64,000 nt of DNA from a virus. Below, in pieces: positions 34,601 to 42,357 of the stretch. Under the pieces are notes generated by a model. The model did not search any database and was not told where the DNA came from. It worked only from the letters and a program-made list of their open reading frames with translations. Each line of letters opens with the position of its first letter. Positions within the stretch are counted from its first letter, which is position 1. Position numbers and translations under genes: made by a program. Where the stretch lies: the IMG/VR virus record IMGVR_UViG_3300045988_131721, positions 72,795 to 136,794 of that record, one strand, 5' to 3'.

Positions 34601-35801
34601 TAGTTAACGCTTTTAACTCTGCATCTCTATCTTTTAAATTACTCATATTAGCTATCGTTTGCAATCTTTGTCTAAATTCTTCTATTTTAGATGACGAAGC
34701 TCCTAACTCTTGACATCTTCTTGTTAAGTTTGTTAAATCTTGAGATACTTTATTAAAATCTGCATCAAATTTTACATTGGCTCTTTTAGTGGAAATTTCA
34801 CTTTCAAATTGTTTATATTTATTTTCACATTGTGCTATTTTATCTTTTAAACCATCAAATTCAGCTTTAGCACCTTCTGTATTAGGGTCTATATTTCGTA
34901 ATTTTGATTGATATTGTTCTATTTGAGTTATTAGTTCTTGTATTCCAGATGTATTAGCAAATTTACTCGTTCCTAATTCAGCAAGTTTAGTTTTAAAAGA
35001 TTCTAACTTAGCAACAGATGTATTTATCTTATCGGTGAATGTAATTGAGCCGTTCAACCCTTTTAATGATACCGACACATTACTAATCTCTGCATTTAAA
35101 TTATGTATTTGTTCATATGCCTTGTCGGATTTTAATATTTGACTTAAATCAGCACCTTTAACATTATTGATTTTATTTTGAAGTTCTTGAAGTTGCCCCA
35201 CCTGTGAACTTGTTAAGTTTTTATTTTTGAACATATTATTAATTTGTTCAGAGGTGTTATTAGCCTTTTGTTGAATTTTATCAAATGAACTTATTAAATC
35301 TCTACTTATATCTATATTAGATTTATTTTTTAAGTTGTCCATTTTTTGTGCAGTAGATTGCATCTCACTGTTAATTTTTGATAACTTAGATTCTAACTCG
35401 TTATAAGCTTGAGTATTTATAGTTTTAGACATTTGTTTTTGAAGTGATTCTGATTGTTTTTGTAAAACTTTATATTTAGCTATAGTATTATCTAATTCTT
35501 TATTACCAGTAGAAGTCTTAGTAGAACCATTACCAAATAAATTTTTCTGTACGTCTTTACTTAAAGAATTTATTTCTTTCAAAGTATTCTGTATCTGTTT
35601 AAGATTGTTTAATTGGTCGTCTTTAAGTTTAAAAGCATTATTTAATACTTTTTGAAGTTCCTCCATTTGAGATTTCATTTTTGTTGTATCAAATTTCAGA
35701 TTAACTTCTTTTTTTTCTAATTTCTCTTTCAGTTTTGCAACTTCTTGTTCTGCTCCACTTCCGTCTACAGAAGTTTTTAATCTAATAGTTAAATCTGCCA
35801 T
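28656..35801 (-). CDS. tape measure protein (2381 aa)
   Basis: Giant, mostly alpha-helical and coiled-coil ORF with a central hydrophobic/Gly-rich stretch. Sits in the canonical position upstream of Dit and Tal. Confidence 0.9.
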   Translation of the reverse strand: MADLTIRLKTSVDGSGAEQEVAKLKEKLEKKEVNLKFDTTKMKSQMEELQKVLNNAFKLKDDQLNNLKQIQNTLKEINSLSKDVQKNLFGNGSTKTSTGNKELDNTIAKYKVLQKQSESLQKQMSKTINTQAYNELESKLSKINSEMQSTAQKMDNLKNKSNIDISRDLISSFDKIQQKANNTSEQINNMFKNKNLTSSQVGQLQELQNKINNVKGADLSQILKSDKAYEQIHNLNAEISNVSVSLKGLNGSITFTDKINTSVAKLESFKTKLAELGTSKFANTSGIQELITQIEQYQSKLRNIDPNTEGAKAEFDGLKDKIAQCENKYKQFESEISTKRANVKFDADFNKVSQDLTNLTRRCQELGASSSKIEEFRQRLQTIANMSNLKDRDAELKALTKDVSTFSSSLSNINGNGINGVANGARSATQAMNILGNATKKTSGFFSNLASMLSMYSIPNMIGRLITQGISSIPSTIIDTDTAIKKLLKVAPDTFTGTAKQLDWLTQKASEAGQEVARSSIDIIDSTAEALQSGFHNVSKALQYAKNASMFANVIDTSQADADKYLKSTLASYGGVANSLDKVTMKVKGNTKETTKMMQMMDMVNYANNNYAVTGKDVSEAMMRSSSVAKTLGVSMQELVAIIIAGQEPLQNASKLGNGLKTIMQNMAGWKTSAKDGSISMNKTAMAIEKITGIDMHDSNGQVRDFYDIMGDIAGMWDKLDKKSKSSVAEAIAGKNQLNVFTAIMSNWSQAEKFLKEYENGDTFGSSMKENARYIDSVQGKLTLLQEKWRSIINTAVSGNTAKQFLDIGITVLDIIDKIIKKLDDAGVALPVIAGAISGLFQSLKFSRSGGFEALINQERRLKAEALSTTTALEGQATATRQASSATMIGTTNPGFLATMKEGFQASYLGKTINVMRGIGTSFKEARQSSGVFASGLTAVRSALAGVEAKALGTKIALGAMNLAMSVVNMGIGMLISFGIGKVIQHFTDEANRLNDALEKNAENITNLNNKVTSSTKAKTNLSNIRDEYKKLYDTVDKTSEQQERFKELQQQIIDICGEDIVLGYDKDNNPILSMGGDIDKLIAKYDKLIKKQQEALNQEYKDQQRNATDKMNEGQGFAGKDGAFNKQAIKEYNRQIENIRKKKSELNNTFTQTGDSAWLEDYSERLAKLSDAYANAKEAVVDAEAKISAESQKINKGIVNSLEVGDGFSRLKSDVQSEMIEVVNALDFSQLTSGQQSLFESNMKKMFDSGTIDKSIRKLYDLQQAYADTSDITAYEQGIEKLIPSLAKLWGVNEDVARSMVELPESAKMAQNAMDAYLRSFGKNINMTDKETKDLMATWDAYNNFLEDLGGLDTVEKDGKMVYNIKEVKATLEDSSLPDKVKDLVNKLMDDGEFSLDDMELTAKLSQIYVEDDEETRNNLIQDVQNLVDKQFGKGKIDVGKLFVTGEYAVSDDDKKKIDDAFASFKQFDGKDEIVKTLRANIENTDQVENYAKLMDNLRGKDKDIETFFKNNIEDLSKLESYEDMIQWVFNHPEAVTSCHINVLGEDTIKTAKAEIDSLLNEKDEKDIKVKIDKALAQGDIATIMDLIGQLPAEKQIEVGVALSNALDELGTVDAIQLKNKVVDVTVMAFQALQQLYALQGLKIPEKYIKIISNSADVASKLASLKQQIKEIPRSISIMATLTYTEKGKSKVPHSGKGKSVMWGDSIGEFSNIEDNPYSVEQLSATPMVTSQPVVTANDINTTTPTSDSSGGISTYATRDFNSIGDIETALTPISLKYQDVLDMIEYSVELFKELQYRIETVTKKTSLLDKQMEKAVGTEKIKYLKQKNKLLEEQAKLQKEYYDDLISERETLQQKLQKEGFKFNEDGNMTNYEEKLLAMQKEYKRLQDVADKSSKSSSSSGSSNNTASDKASKYKEELDKLTNLANKYYDIQQSDIFSCEEQWQEMKNTIKENNDEIEKLTREDKLYKFSNAITQLKNQFDILGNKIDIIDVKLENSNGVDTIKLTEEKLKLMNEQLSKQMDLMTNMKNKIPTYQESLSKYGFTFDVEGNVSNIDEVLNSFQNSEDLEKVNDLLEEYTSLINDDLADAEKNYADLQKNIVDLQKDKLNKVKDIEDKITDVIKDEIDKRKDAIEKQYDKEKELIEKRRDDYKKQRDEDDYAKNLKEQQDEIDTINKKIELAKRDNSMSGKSKLKELLDDLKEAQDKLDETVQNKVDEDIDNIFQEQLDALDKKKEDMTQNIDDTYTQQKIAQMVKDAMMTNTFTDLNGNITNLQDKLIDFAETSGDAVGILGDSIKTELCDNLEVALDYLKDYKDIFKELGFKQLGNVNYKEGMNKDTTSKTLNVGDININVEGSVDENVLDDMQEMINKTLKDIVNKSL

Positions 35802-35822
35802 ATATTAATCTCACCTGCCTTT

Positions 35823-36266
35823 CTATATAACATCTAAACCTTGCTCTATTAAATATCTTTTTAATTCAGTTGGTATTTGTTGAGCTATTTTAACTTGTGA
35901 ATCTGGTATAATCGTTGTTGGAGGATAATAAGCAACCGTAGAATCACTTTTAAAACTCCAAACTTTACCTGCTTCCCAACCTATAATTGGAAAGAAATGT
36001 TCTCCCGTTAATACACTTGTCCAATCTCCATTATCTTGAAATTCTACTACAGCACAATTCATATCAATACTCGATATTTGTGCTATTTCTCCCATTTGTC
36101 CTGTACGTTCATATACAGATGGTTCATGGTCAGCATATATTTGTTCATTTACTTCTCGTTGCATTATCTCTACCATTTTATTTGCCATAGGTGTCATAGC
36201 AGTAGAAACAACGGATTTAATATAATTGACTGCACTTTCAATATCATTTACAACCAAATTAATCAC
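35823..36266 (-). CDS. tail assembly protein (possible T-part of a chaperone pair or HK97 gp10-like)
   Basis: Overlaps the upstream ORF by 8 nt. Its frame opens only 9 nt before its GTG, across an AAAAAAG run. Confidence 0.4.
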   Translation of the reverse strand: MINLVVNDIESAVNYIKSVVSTAMTPMANKMVEIMQREVNEQIYADHEPSVYERTGQMGEIAQISSIDMNCAVVEFQDNGDWTSVLTGEHFFPIIGWEAGKVWSFKSDSTVAYYPPTTIIPDSQVKIAQQIPTELKRYLIEQGLDVI

Positions 36267-36723
36267 CTTTTTTCATTTCTTGTATTTCCTCTTCCAATTT
36301 TTCACATTGTTTATTTAATATTTCTAATTTTTCAGCCTCTAATAATATTCTTTTGCTTAAAGTTAATGAAGTCATATTTGCTAATAGATTTTGTTTTTCT
36401 AACATTACTTCTATAACAATTTCACTTACTATTTCGTCTACATCTTGTGCAATAAACATTAATTCTTTTTTACCTTTATTTATTGATTCTATTAAATCTT
36501 CGTCTAATTCTAAATCAGTAGCCAATTCAAATGCTTCCTTGTATATAAGTTCCATTAATGCTTTTTCTTCTAATCCTTGTTCTAGTCCTTTAGATATTTT
36601 TTCTTTTAATTCATTTCTATTCTCACCAAATATATTATAAACTAAAACAGTTTCTATTTCGTTATTTACTTCCACATCATATGAACTTCTAATCATATCT
36701 AATGTTAAATCACTTAATTTCAT
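36259..36723 (-). CDS. tail assembly chaperone-like acidic protein
   Basis: 154-aa acidic helical protein just upstream of the tape measure. Ends ...EMKKGD on an A6G run. Confidence 0.5.
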   Translation of the reverse strand: MKLSDLTLDMIRSSYDVEVNNEIETVLVYNIFGENRNELKEKISKGLEQGLEEKALMELIYKEAFELATDLELDEDLIESINKGKKELMFIAQDVDEIVSEIVIEVMLEKQNLLANMTSLTLSKRILLEAEKLEILNKQCEKLEEEIQEMKKGD

Positions 36724-36739
36724 TCCTTAATCTCCCTTC

Positions 36740-36753
36740 TTTATTAATTATTT
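36740..36753 (-). repeat. AT-box (perfect)
   Basis: Abuts the GAAGGGAG SD of 36259..36723. Confidence 0.8.
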
Positions 36754-36794
36754 TTAATATCTTTCCTCTCTTTATTCATCTTTTCATACAACGA

Positions 36795-36824
36795 AATAGG
36801 AGAAGAAATTAATCCTCTCCTATT
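36795..36824 (-). terminator. imperfect hairpin downstream of the tailspike gene (weak terminator)
   Basis: AATAGGAGA../..TCTCCTATT. Homologous to the terminator at 18843-18878 but lacks a clear U-run. Confidence 0.35.
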
Positions 36825-36910
36825 TCCACACATTATACAAATAGTAATTAGAGTTAATACACAGCTGGTTTTGTGTACGTTTATATTATATGATTTTTTT
36901 TAATTTATAT

Positions 36911-36931
36911 ACATAATATTTTTAAATAGAT
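36911..36931. repeat. degenerate post-stop copy of the palindromic site (ACATAATATTTTTAAATAGAT)
   Basis: Overlaps the stop of 36922..38649. The flanking 3' sequence is homologous to 18879-18990. Confidence 0.55.
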
Positions 36932-38649
36932 ATTACATTATTATAATATCTATAATCTTTTTCAGCATCTGTAAATTTTATATTTATATCACTATTATTT
37001 TCTATACAGTTTATACAAGATATATTATTCAATATAATATCGGGTGTATATGAACCTGTGGTTACATATCCTATCATACTAGAAGTTCTTTTATTTCCAA
37101 TATTTTCTATTATACCATTTGTCATTAAAAAATGAGGTGAATTAGTTTTCGTATACTTAACCCCGTTTTTTGCATTCCATCCAAAATGATATAAATTATT
37201 AACCATTATTATACTATTATATAAATCTACAGAATATATATCTTCACTTATAATATTCATGCCATAATTATTAGTACCACTATAATCAATAATAGAATTA
37301 ATAAATTGTAATTTTTTACTCCCTGCAACTAATCTAAAAGTACAATATTTGTTAATTGAATTAAGTATTCTTAAGGAACATTTTTTAAATATTATAGAAT
37401 TATTAACATAAGAATAGTTTTGGGTTATTTTCTCAAAACTATCCAGGATGAAATTACAATCTATAAATTCACATTTTGAATTATCATTAAATTGTAATAA
37501 TCTAGCATATGTAGCATTATTACCAACAGCTTCTATATCACAGTTTATAAATCTACAATCAGATGAATTATGCAAATAAAATAAGGTACTTGTAATAATT
37601 CCATTTATTTTAGTATTTTTTACAATTATATTATTTACGGCACCGTCATTAGACCCACATTTTATTATGTTTGACCCTGTACCATTCATACGTAAATCGT
37701 TATTATCAATTACTACATTATTACTATTGTATCCTAAATATATAGCATGACCATATATATCTGTATTAGTTTGAGTTGTAATTTTTGTATTTAATATTTT
37801 TAAATTATTACAATTGTCACTATATATACCAAAATACGCTTCATCTATAACTAAATCAGATAAAATTGTATTATCTGCTTTCATATTAGAGACAAGAAAA
37901 CTTAAGTTTTTTGATTTACAGTTTTTTACGCAATTATTTAAAATTTTATTAGTTGTATTACTCACTATTGTTATTCCACAAATATTAGACACTATCGCAC
38001 TTGCGTCAAATTCTTTTAATGTATTTTTATATTCTAATTGACTGTAAAAATTTAATTCTTCTATACAGCAATTATCATTATTTATTGCAAATACTGTAAA
38101 ACTTGTTTCCTTTGGATTTATATATATATTTGCTCCATTTCCTATAATCTTTGTATTTTTAGGTAGTATAATAGTATTATCTATTAAATAATTACCCTTT
38201 TCAAAAATTATTACTACATTTTCTTTATTATCTAATGTGGCTTTTATTTTATCAGAACAATCTGATAAATTATAAGTTTTAGTAGTTTCATCATAACTAA
38301 CTTGACTGGATGGTTTCACTCCAAATTTTGATAAATTGATATAAAGTTTATTTATTCCATCTATCTCATTCACAATATCTTTATATTGTGCATTAACTTC
38401 ATTTATACTGCCTATTAATGTTTTATCCTGTGTAGTTAGTGTATCATACTCATTGTCTTTTACACCTTCCATAGATGTCTCGTCTTTAACTAAGGTTACT
38501 TCATTATCTTTTAAGGTTTGAATATCTGTTTTCATATTATTATTTTTTGTAGTTTGACTCTCTCCTGTACTGTCTACAACTAAATCTGGTGAGGTATAAG
38601 GATAATTAAATCCGTCTTTACCTTTTCTAGTTTTTATATTTTTTGACAT
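36922..38649 (-). CDS. tailspike with right-handed beta-helix (pectate-lyase-like) domain
   Basis: The N-terminal GKDGFNYPYTSPDLVVD and ...TLIGSINEVNAQYKDIVNE anchor is shared with 43763 and 40424. The body has repetitive N/I/G-rich turns typical of parallel beta-helices. The likely start is ATG 38649 after GAGGTGAT. Confidence 0.6.
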   Translation of the reverse strand: MSKNIKTRKGKDGFNYPYTSPDLVVDSTGESQTTKNNNMKTDIQTLKDNEVTLVKDETSMEGVKDNEYDTLTTQDKTLIGSINEVNAQYKDIVNEIDGINKLYINLSKFGVKPSSQVSYDETTKTYNLSDCSDKIKATLDNKENVVIIFEKGNYLIDNTIILPKNTKIIGNGANIYINPKETSFTVFAINNDNCCIEELNFYSQLEYKNTLKEFDASAIVSNICGITIVSNTTNKILNNCVKNCKSKNLSFLVSNMKADNTILSDLVIDEAYFGIYSDNCNNLKILNTKITTQTNTDIYGHAIYLGYNSNNVVIDNNDLRMNGTGSNIIKCGSNDGAVNNIIVKNTKINGIITSTLFYLHNSSDCRFINCDIEAVGNNATYARLLQFNDNSKCEFIDCNFILDSFEKITQNYSYVNNSIIFKKCSLRILNSINKYCTFRLVAGSKKLQFINSIIDYSGTNNYGMNIISEDIYSVDLYNSIIMVNNLYHFGWNAKNGVKYTKTNSPHFLMTNGIIENIGNKRTSSMIGYVTTGSYTPDIILNNISCINCIENNSDINIKFTDAEKDYRYYNNVISI

Positions 38650-38701
38650 TTTTTTTATCACCTCATTTTTAATTTTTTATTATGCAATTAATTCACATTA
38701 A

Positions 38702-38727
38702 GTTCACAATATTTTTAAATTGTGAAC
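38702..38727. repeat. post-stop palindromic site GTTCACAAT-ATTTTTAA-ATTGTGAAC
   Basis: 9-bp perfect arms. Overlaps the last base of the stop of 38727..40355. Confidence 0.8.
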
Positions 38728-40355
38728 TAAATTTCTATATTATTAAAATTCCAAATGATATTATCTCCATATGTTGTTCCTATGTTAAAAGGGATTCCTT
38801 TAATATAACTGTTATATGCTACAACTGCATCAGTTTTTGCACTGAATACCATTTTTGTACAACCACTTTTATTCGTAGTCCAATTATTTTTAAATATTCT
38901 ATAATTTTCACTATCTACCCTAAAATCTAAAGTTGTATCTTGAAATTCATTATTAAACATTGCAATATTTCTACTTTTTACAGATATTACTTGTTTAACT
39001 TGCCCGTTATTACAAATAAATTTACAATTTTTAACTATATGACCGTGAATATGTTGCCCCCCATCTTCCCAGTCTATATGTGACGCAGGGTCATAATAAC
39101 CGCAATTTACAAATTCACAACCGTCTAATATTATATTATTACCACCTTGAGGACTCATACCAGTAGACATAGTTTCTTGAAATTTACAATTTTTAAATGT
39201 AACATCTTCCAACTTACCAACTGCAAAAATGTGTACAATACCACCAAAATCGGGGTCACTCGCAGTAGGAAGGTAGTTTTGATAAAACTCTATTTTACAA
39301 TATTTTGCGGTAGAAGGAAATTCATAATATTCAAATTGTAAACAATTATTAAGTTTAGAAACGAATTGTTTATTTTCATCGAAGAAATATATATTATATA
39401 TTCTGCCAACAACATAGGCATATCCGCCATAACCTTGCATACAACCTACACCAAATGTGTTAGTATTATAATTATGTAAAGAAGAAATGTCTATATAATC
39501 CTTACATCTAAACCTAGTTGAAATACTATCATTATTTTTACCAATATCTGTATACCCACCCATTTCAGTATTACTCAATTTAAAAGGTATACGTGTATAT
39601 AATTTATATCCTAATCCAACATTAAAACCAGGAGAATATGAAAATTCACAATTCACAATATTAACATTTTTACTTCCAGTAAGTTCTAAAGTTTGTTCCT
39701 GTTCAATATGATATTTTTTACTACTTATATAATTCTCGGCATAAAATTTACCATTTAAAACATTTAAATTTTCAATATTTTCAATATTAAACATTTTATA
39801 TGCATATTCATTACCTGCTCTAATACCATGCCAATCCGCTATGTTTTTATTTTTTCTAAATTCTAATTGTATAATAGAATTATTCCAATCAATTGTCATA
39901 TTACTTGGATAAGAAATACTTCCCACATCGCCTTGAACATTATAAGTTCCAGTAGGGAAAACAACTTTATCATAATTATTTTCTGACGCATATTTAAAAA
40001 CATTTATAATACCTTGTGTATTAGCTATACCACTATCACTTTTACCAGTATTATTTAAATTGTAAGTATTTAAATCAACATTCAACACTTTTAAATTATC
40101 CGAATTTATATCGGGACGTTCTACCACATTTATTTCTATTTGTTTTGAAATATTTTGTCCTACATATTTTACAGTTATTGTGGCTGTTCCAATAGAATTT
40201 GCAAAGAGCACACCAAATTGACAAGATATAACAGAAGTATTAGAGGATGTTATAGAAACACTATTATTATCACACCTCATATCCCATTTAAAAGGATTTT
40301 CTGATTCATCTTGCAATCCTACTGCCCATAAAACATATTCATCACCAATATACAT
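38727..40355 (-). CDS. beta-helix (pectate-lyase-like) depolymerase-type protein with N-terminal Ig-like domain
   Basis: Contains LNNTGKSD...NYDKVVFPTGTYNV..., like the Pectate_lyase_3 N-terminal cap, and repeated N.....C.F turns. No SD is recognisable before ATG 40355. Confidence 0.55.
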   Translation of the reverse strand: MYIGDEYVLWAVGLQDESENPFKWDMRCDNNSVSITSSNTSVISCQFGVLFANSIGTATITVKYVGQNISKQIEINVVERPDINSDNLKVLNVDLNTYNLNNTGKSDSGIANTQGIINVFKYASENNYDKVVFPTGTYNVQGDVGSISYPSNMTIDWNNSIIQLEFRKNKNIADWHGIRAGNEYAYKMFNIENIENLNVLNGKFYAENYISSKKYHIEQEQTLELTGSKNVNIVNCEFSYSPGFNVGLGYKLYTRIPFKLSNTEMGGYTDIGKNNDSISTRFRCKDYIDISSLHNYNTNTFGVGCMQGYGGYAYVVGRIYNIYFFDENKQFVSKLNNCLQFEYYEFPSTAKYCKIEFYQNYLPTASDPDFGGIVHIFAVGKLEDVTFKNCKFQETMSTGMSPQGGNNIILDGCEFVNCGYYDPASHIDWEDGGQHIHGHIVKNCKFICNNGQVKQVISVKSRNIAMFNNEFQDTTLDFRVDSENYRIFKNNWTTNKSGCTKMVFSAKTDAVVAYNSYIKGIPFNIGTTYGDNIIWNFNNIEI

Positions 40356-40423
40356 TTGAGATATAGGGTTAACTATTAATATTTCATTGATGTTCCTATT
40401 CTGTTTTTTTGCTAACTCTTTAG

Positions 40424-42343
40424 TTAGAGATACTCCTCATCTGTACTAGAAATTTCTTTACCTACTACCACAGGAATGGTTTTAGTAAGATTCTTTGCAA
40501 CAATATTAACATTAGAAGTACCATCTTTTAATGCAGTAATACTATTATCATCATTAATTTTTATTATATCGTCAGTATTTGTTTTTTCTAAAGATACACT
40601 ATCTGAATAATTTATTACTGGTGATGTAGAATATGGTATAGAATATGTTTCACCAACACCCATATTCAATGCATCTATTGAATTTACACTTTCAACATTT
40701 AACGCCTCAAATATAACATCTGTAGTATAACTATTTCCAACGTTTGTGGTTTTTATAGTTACAGTAAATTCTTTATCTGACAATCTTGTTACATTTCCAA
40801 GACTATCTATTGTTGCATTATTTTTATCACATATAAACTCTATATCATAAAAAGACTTATCTCCAAAAGGTAATGTAACAGGATGTAATAAAACAGTAGA
40901 ATTAACAGCTATATTATATGAAGTAACCTTAATTTCATTACTATCAGTAAGAAAGTTTCCATCAACTTTATAATTTCCTATACCAGTAATAGAATTATCA
41001 CAATATGGAGTAAAAGTATATTTTTTATTATTAACAATTATAAAACCGTTAATAGCATTTTTATATAATGGTTGAATATTATAAACCCAAGTATAATTAT
41101 TTGTTTTTTGAAAACCTAATTTAATGAATTTAGTTCCTTCTTTAAGGCACATAGAACGTTTCTTTTCATTCCAAGGTAGATAAACAACATTATATCTATC
41201 ACCAGTAATAGCCCCCAATGATTTTTTATTTTCATCATAACAAATAATTGATAAAACAAATCCCTTATATCCCGCAGATATAACAATTTCTTCTGAATTA
41301 ACTTCAATATATTCACTTGTAGAACAAGATGTAGTTACACTATTACCATAAGAAAAATCTACTTGGGTAGCGTGCGACCTTTGTAAAGTTAAAACATTAC
41401 CATCTATAATAGTTTCATTTTGTATACTTGCCCCATTTGCATTTATAATTATATCTCCAGTAACAGAATTAATTGTAGCTGTTCTCTCATATTTATCATA
41501 AACTTCATTAGTAATATCTTTACCACCCATACTAATAGAAAGTGTATTTGGTTCATACTCCAAAATAGGTTCTAATTTAGCTACATATTTAGTATTTGGA
41601 GTAATAGACTTATTAGTATTACTATTTGTATAATTAGTTAAATTGTTTGTTATAGAATAACTTGTAGGTTGAACAATTTCTGTACATTTTACGGTTATAA
41701 CAATTTTACCGGTAACTTTAGGTATATTAATATTTCCATTATTATACACACTATCGGTAATATTTGTACCACCCATAGTAATAGTAACACTATTAATAGA
41801 ATATCCTTCACTAGCAGTAATAGTTGCAGTATAAGATTGATTCTCCTCTATTTCGGTTGCGTTATTATTATTACTTGCATTAGATAGTGTATTTGTTATA
41901 GTATATTTTGTTACGACAGGTTCAACAGGTGTAGTACCTCCAATAGGTATTTCTGCTATTACTTTGTTTCCACACTTTATTTTATAAGAATTAGTGGTTT
42001 GTTCTGTGGTAAATAAGTTCGCAATATCTTTATATTGCGAATTAACTTCATTAATAGAACCTATTAATGTTTTATCCTGTGTAGTTAATGAGGGATATTC
42101 GTTATCTTTTATTCCCTCCATAGATGTTTCATCTTCAATTAAATTTATTGCATTATCTTTTAAAGTTTGAATATCAGCTTTTATTGCAGTAGTATCTGAG
42201 CTATTTTTAGCTTCTTCTATTTTCTTTTCTAGTTCTTGTTTAGCACTTTTGCCAGTTCCGTCATAGTCAACATTCTCTAAATCAACTAATTTAAAGTCGC
42301 CATTATTCTTTTGAGTAAGTTTTCCTATTATTTCAATACCCAT
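40424..42343 (-). CDS. tail fibre with two Ig-like 75-aa repeats and C-terminal Big_2-like domain
   Basis: The N-terminal ADIQTLKDN...TLIGSINEVNSQYKDIAN anchor is shared with 36922. It has repeats KYTITN...ITMGGTNIT...VTGKIVIT, as in 14356..16635. Confidence 0.6.
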   Translation of the reverse strand: MGIEIIGKLTQKNNGDFKLVDLENVDYDGTGKSAKQELEKKIEEAKNSSDTTAIKADIQTLKDNAINLIEDETSMEGIKDNEYPSLTTQDKTLIGSINEVNSQYKDIANLFTTEQTTNSYKIKCGNKVIAEIPIGGTTPVEPVVTKYTITNTLSNASNNNNATEIEENQSYTATITASEGYSINSVTITMGGTNITDSVYNNGNINIPKVTGKIVITVKCTEIVQPTSYSITNNLTNYTNSNTNKSITPNTKYVAKLEPILEYEPNTLSISMGGKDITNEVYDKYERTATINSVTGDIIINANGASIQNETIIDGNVLTLQRSHATQVDFSYGNSVTTSCSTSEYIEVNSEEIVISAGYKGFVLSIICYDENKKSLGAITGDRYNVVYLPWNEKKRSMCLKEGTKFIKLGFQKTNNYTWVYNIQPLYKNAINGFIIVNNKKYTFTPYCDNSITGIGNYKVDGNFLTDSNEIKVTSYNIAVNSTVLLHPVTLPFGDKSFYDIEFICDKNNATIDSLGNVTRLSDKEFTVTIKTTNVGNSYTTDVIFEALNVESVNSIDALNMGVGETYSIPYSTSPVINYSDSVSLEKTNTDDIIKINDDNSITALKDGTSNVNIVAKNLTKTIPVVVGKEISSTDEEYL

Positions 42344-42357
42344 ACTATTTACCTCCT

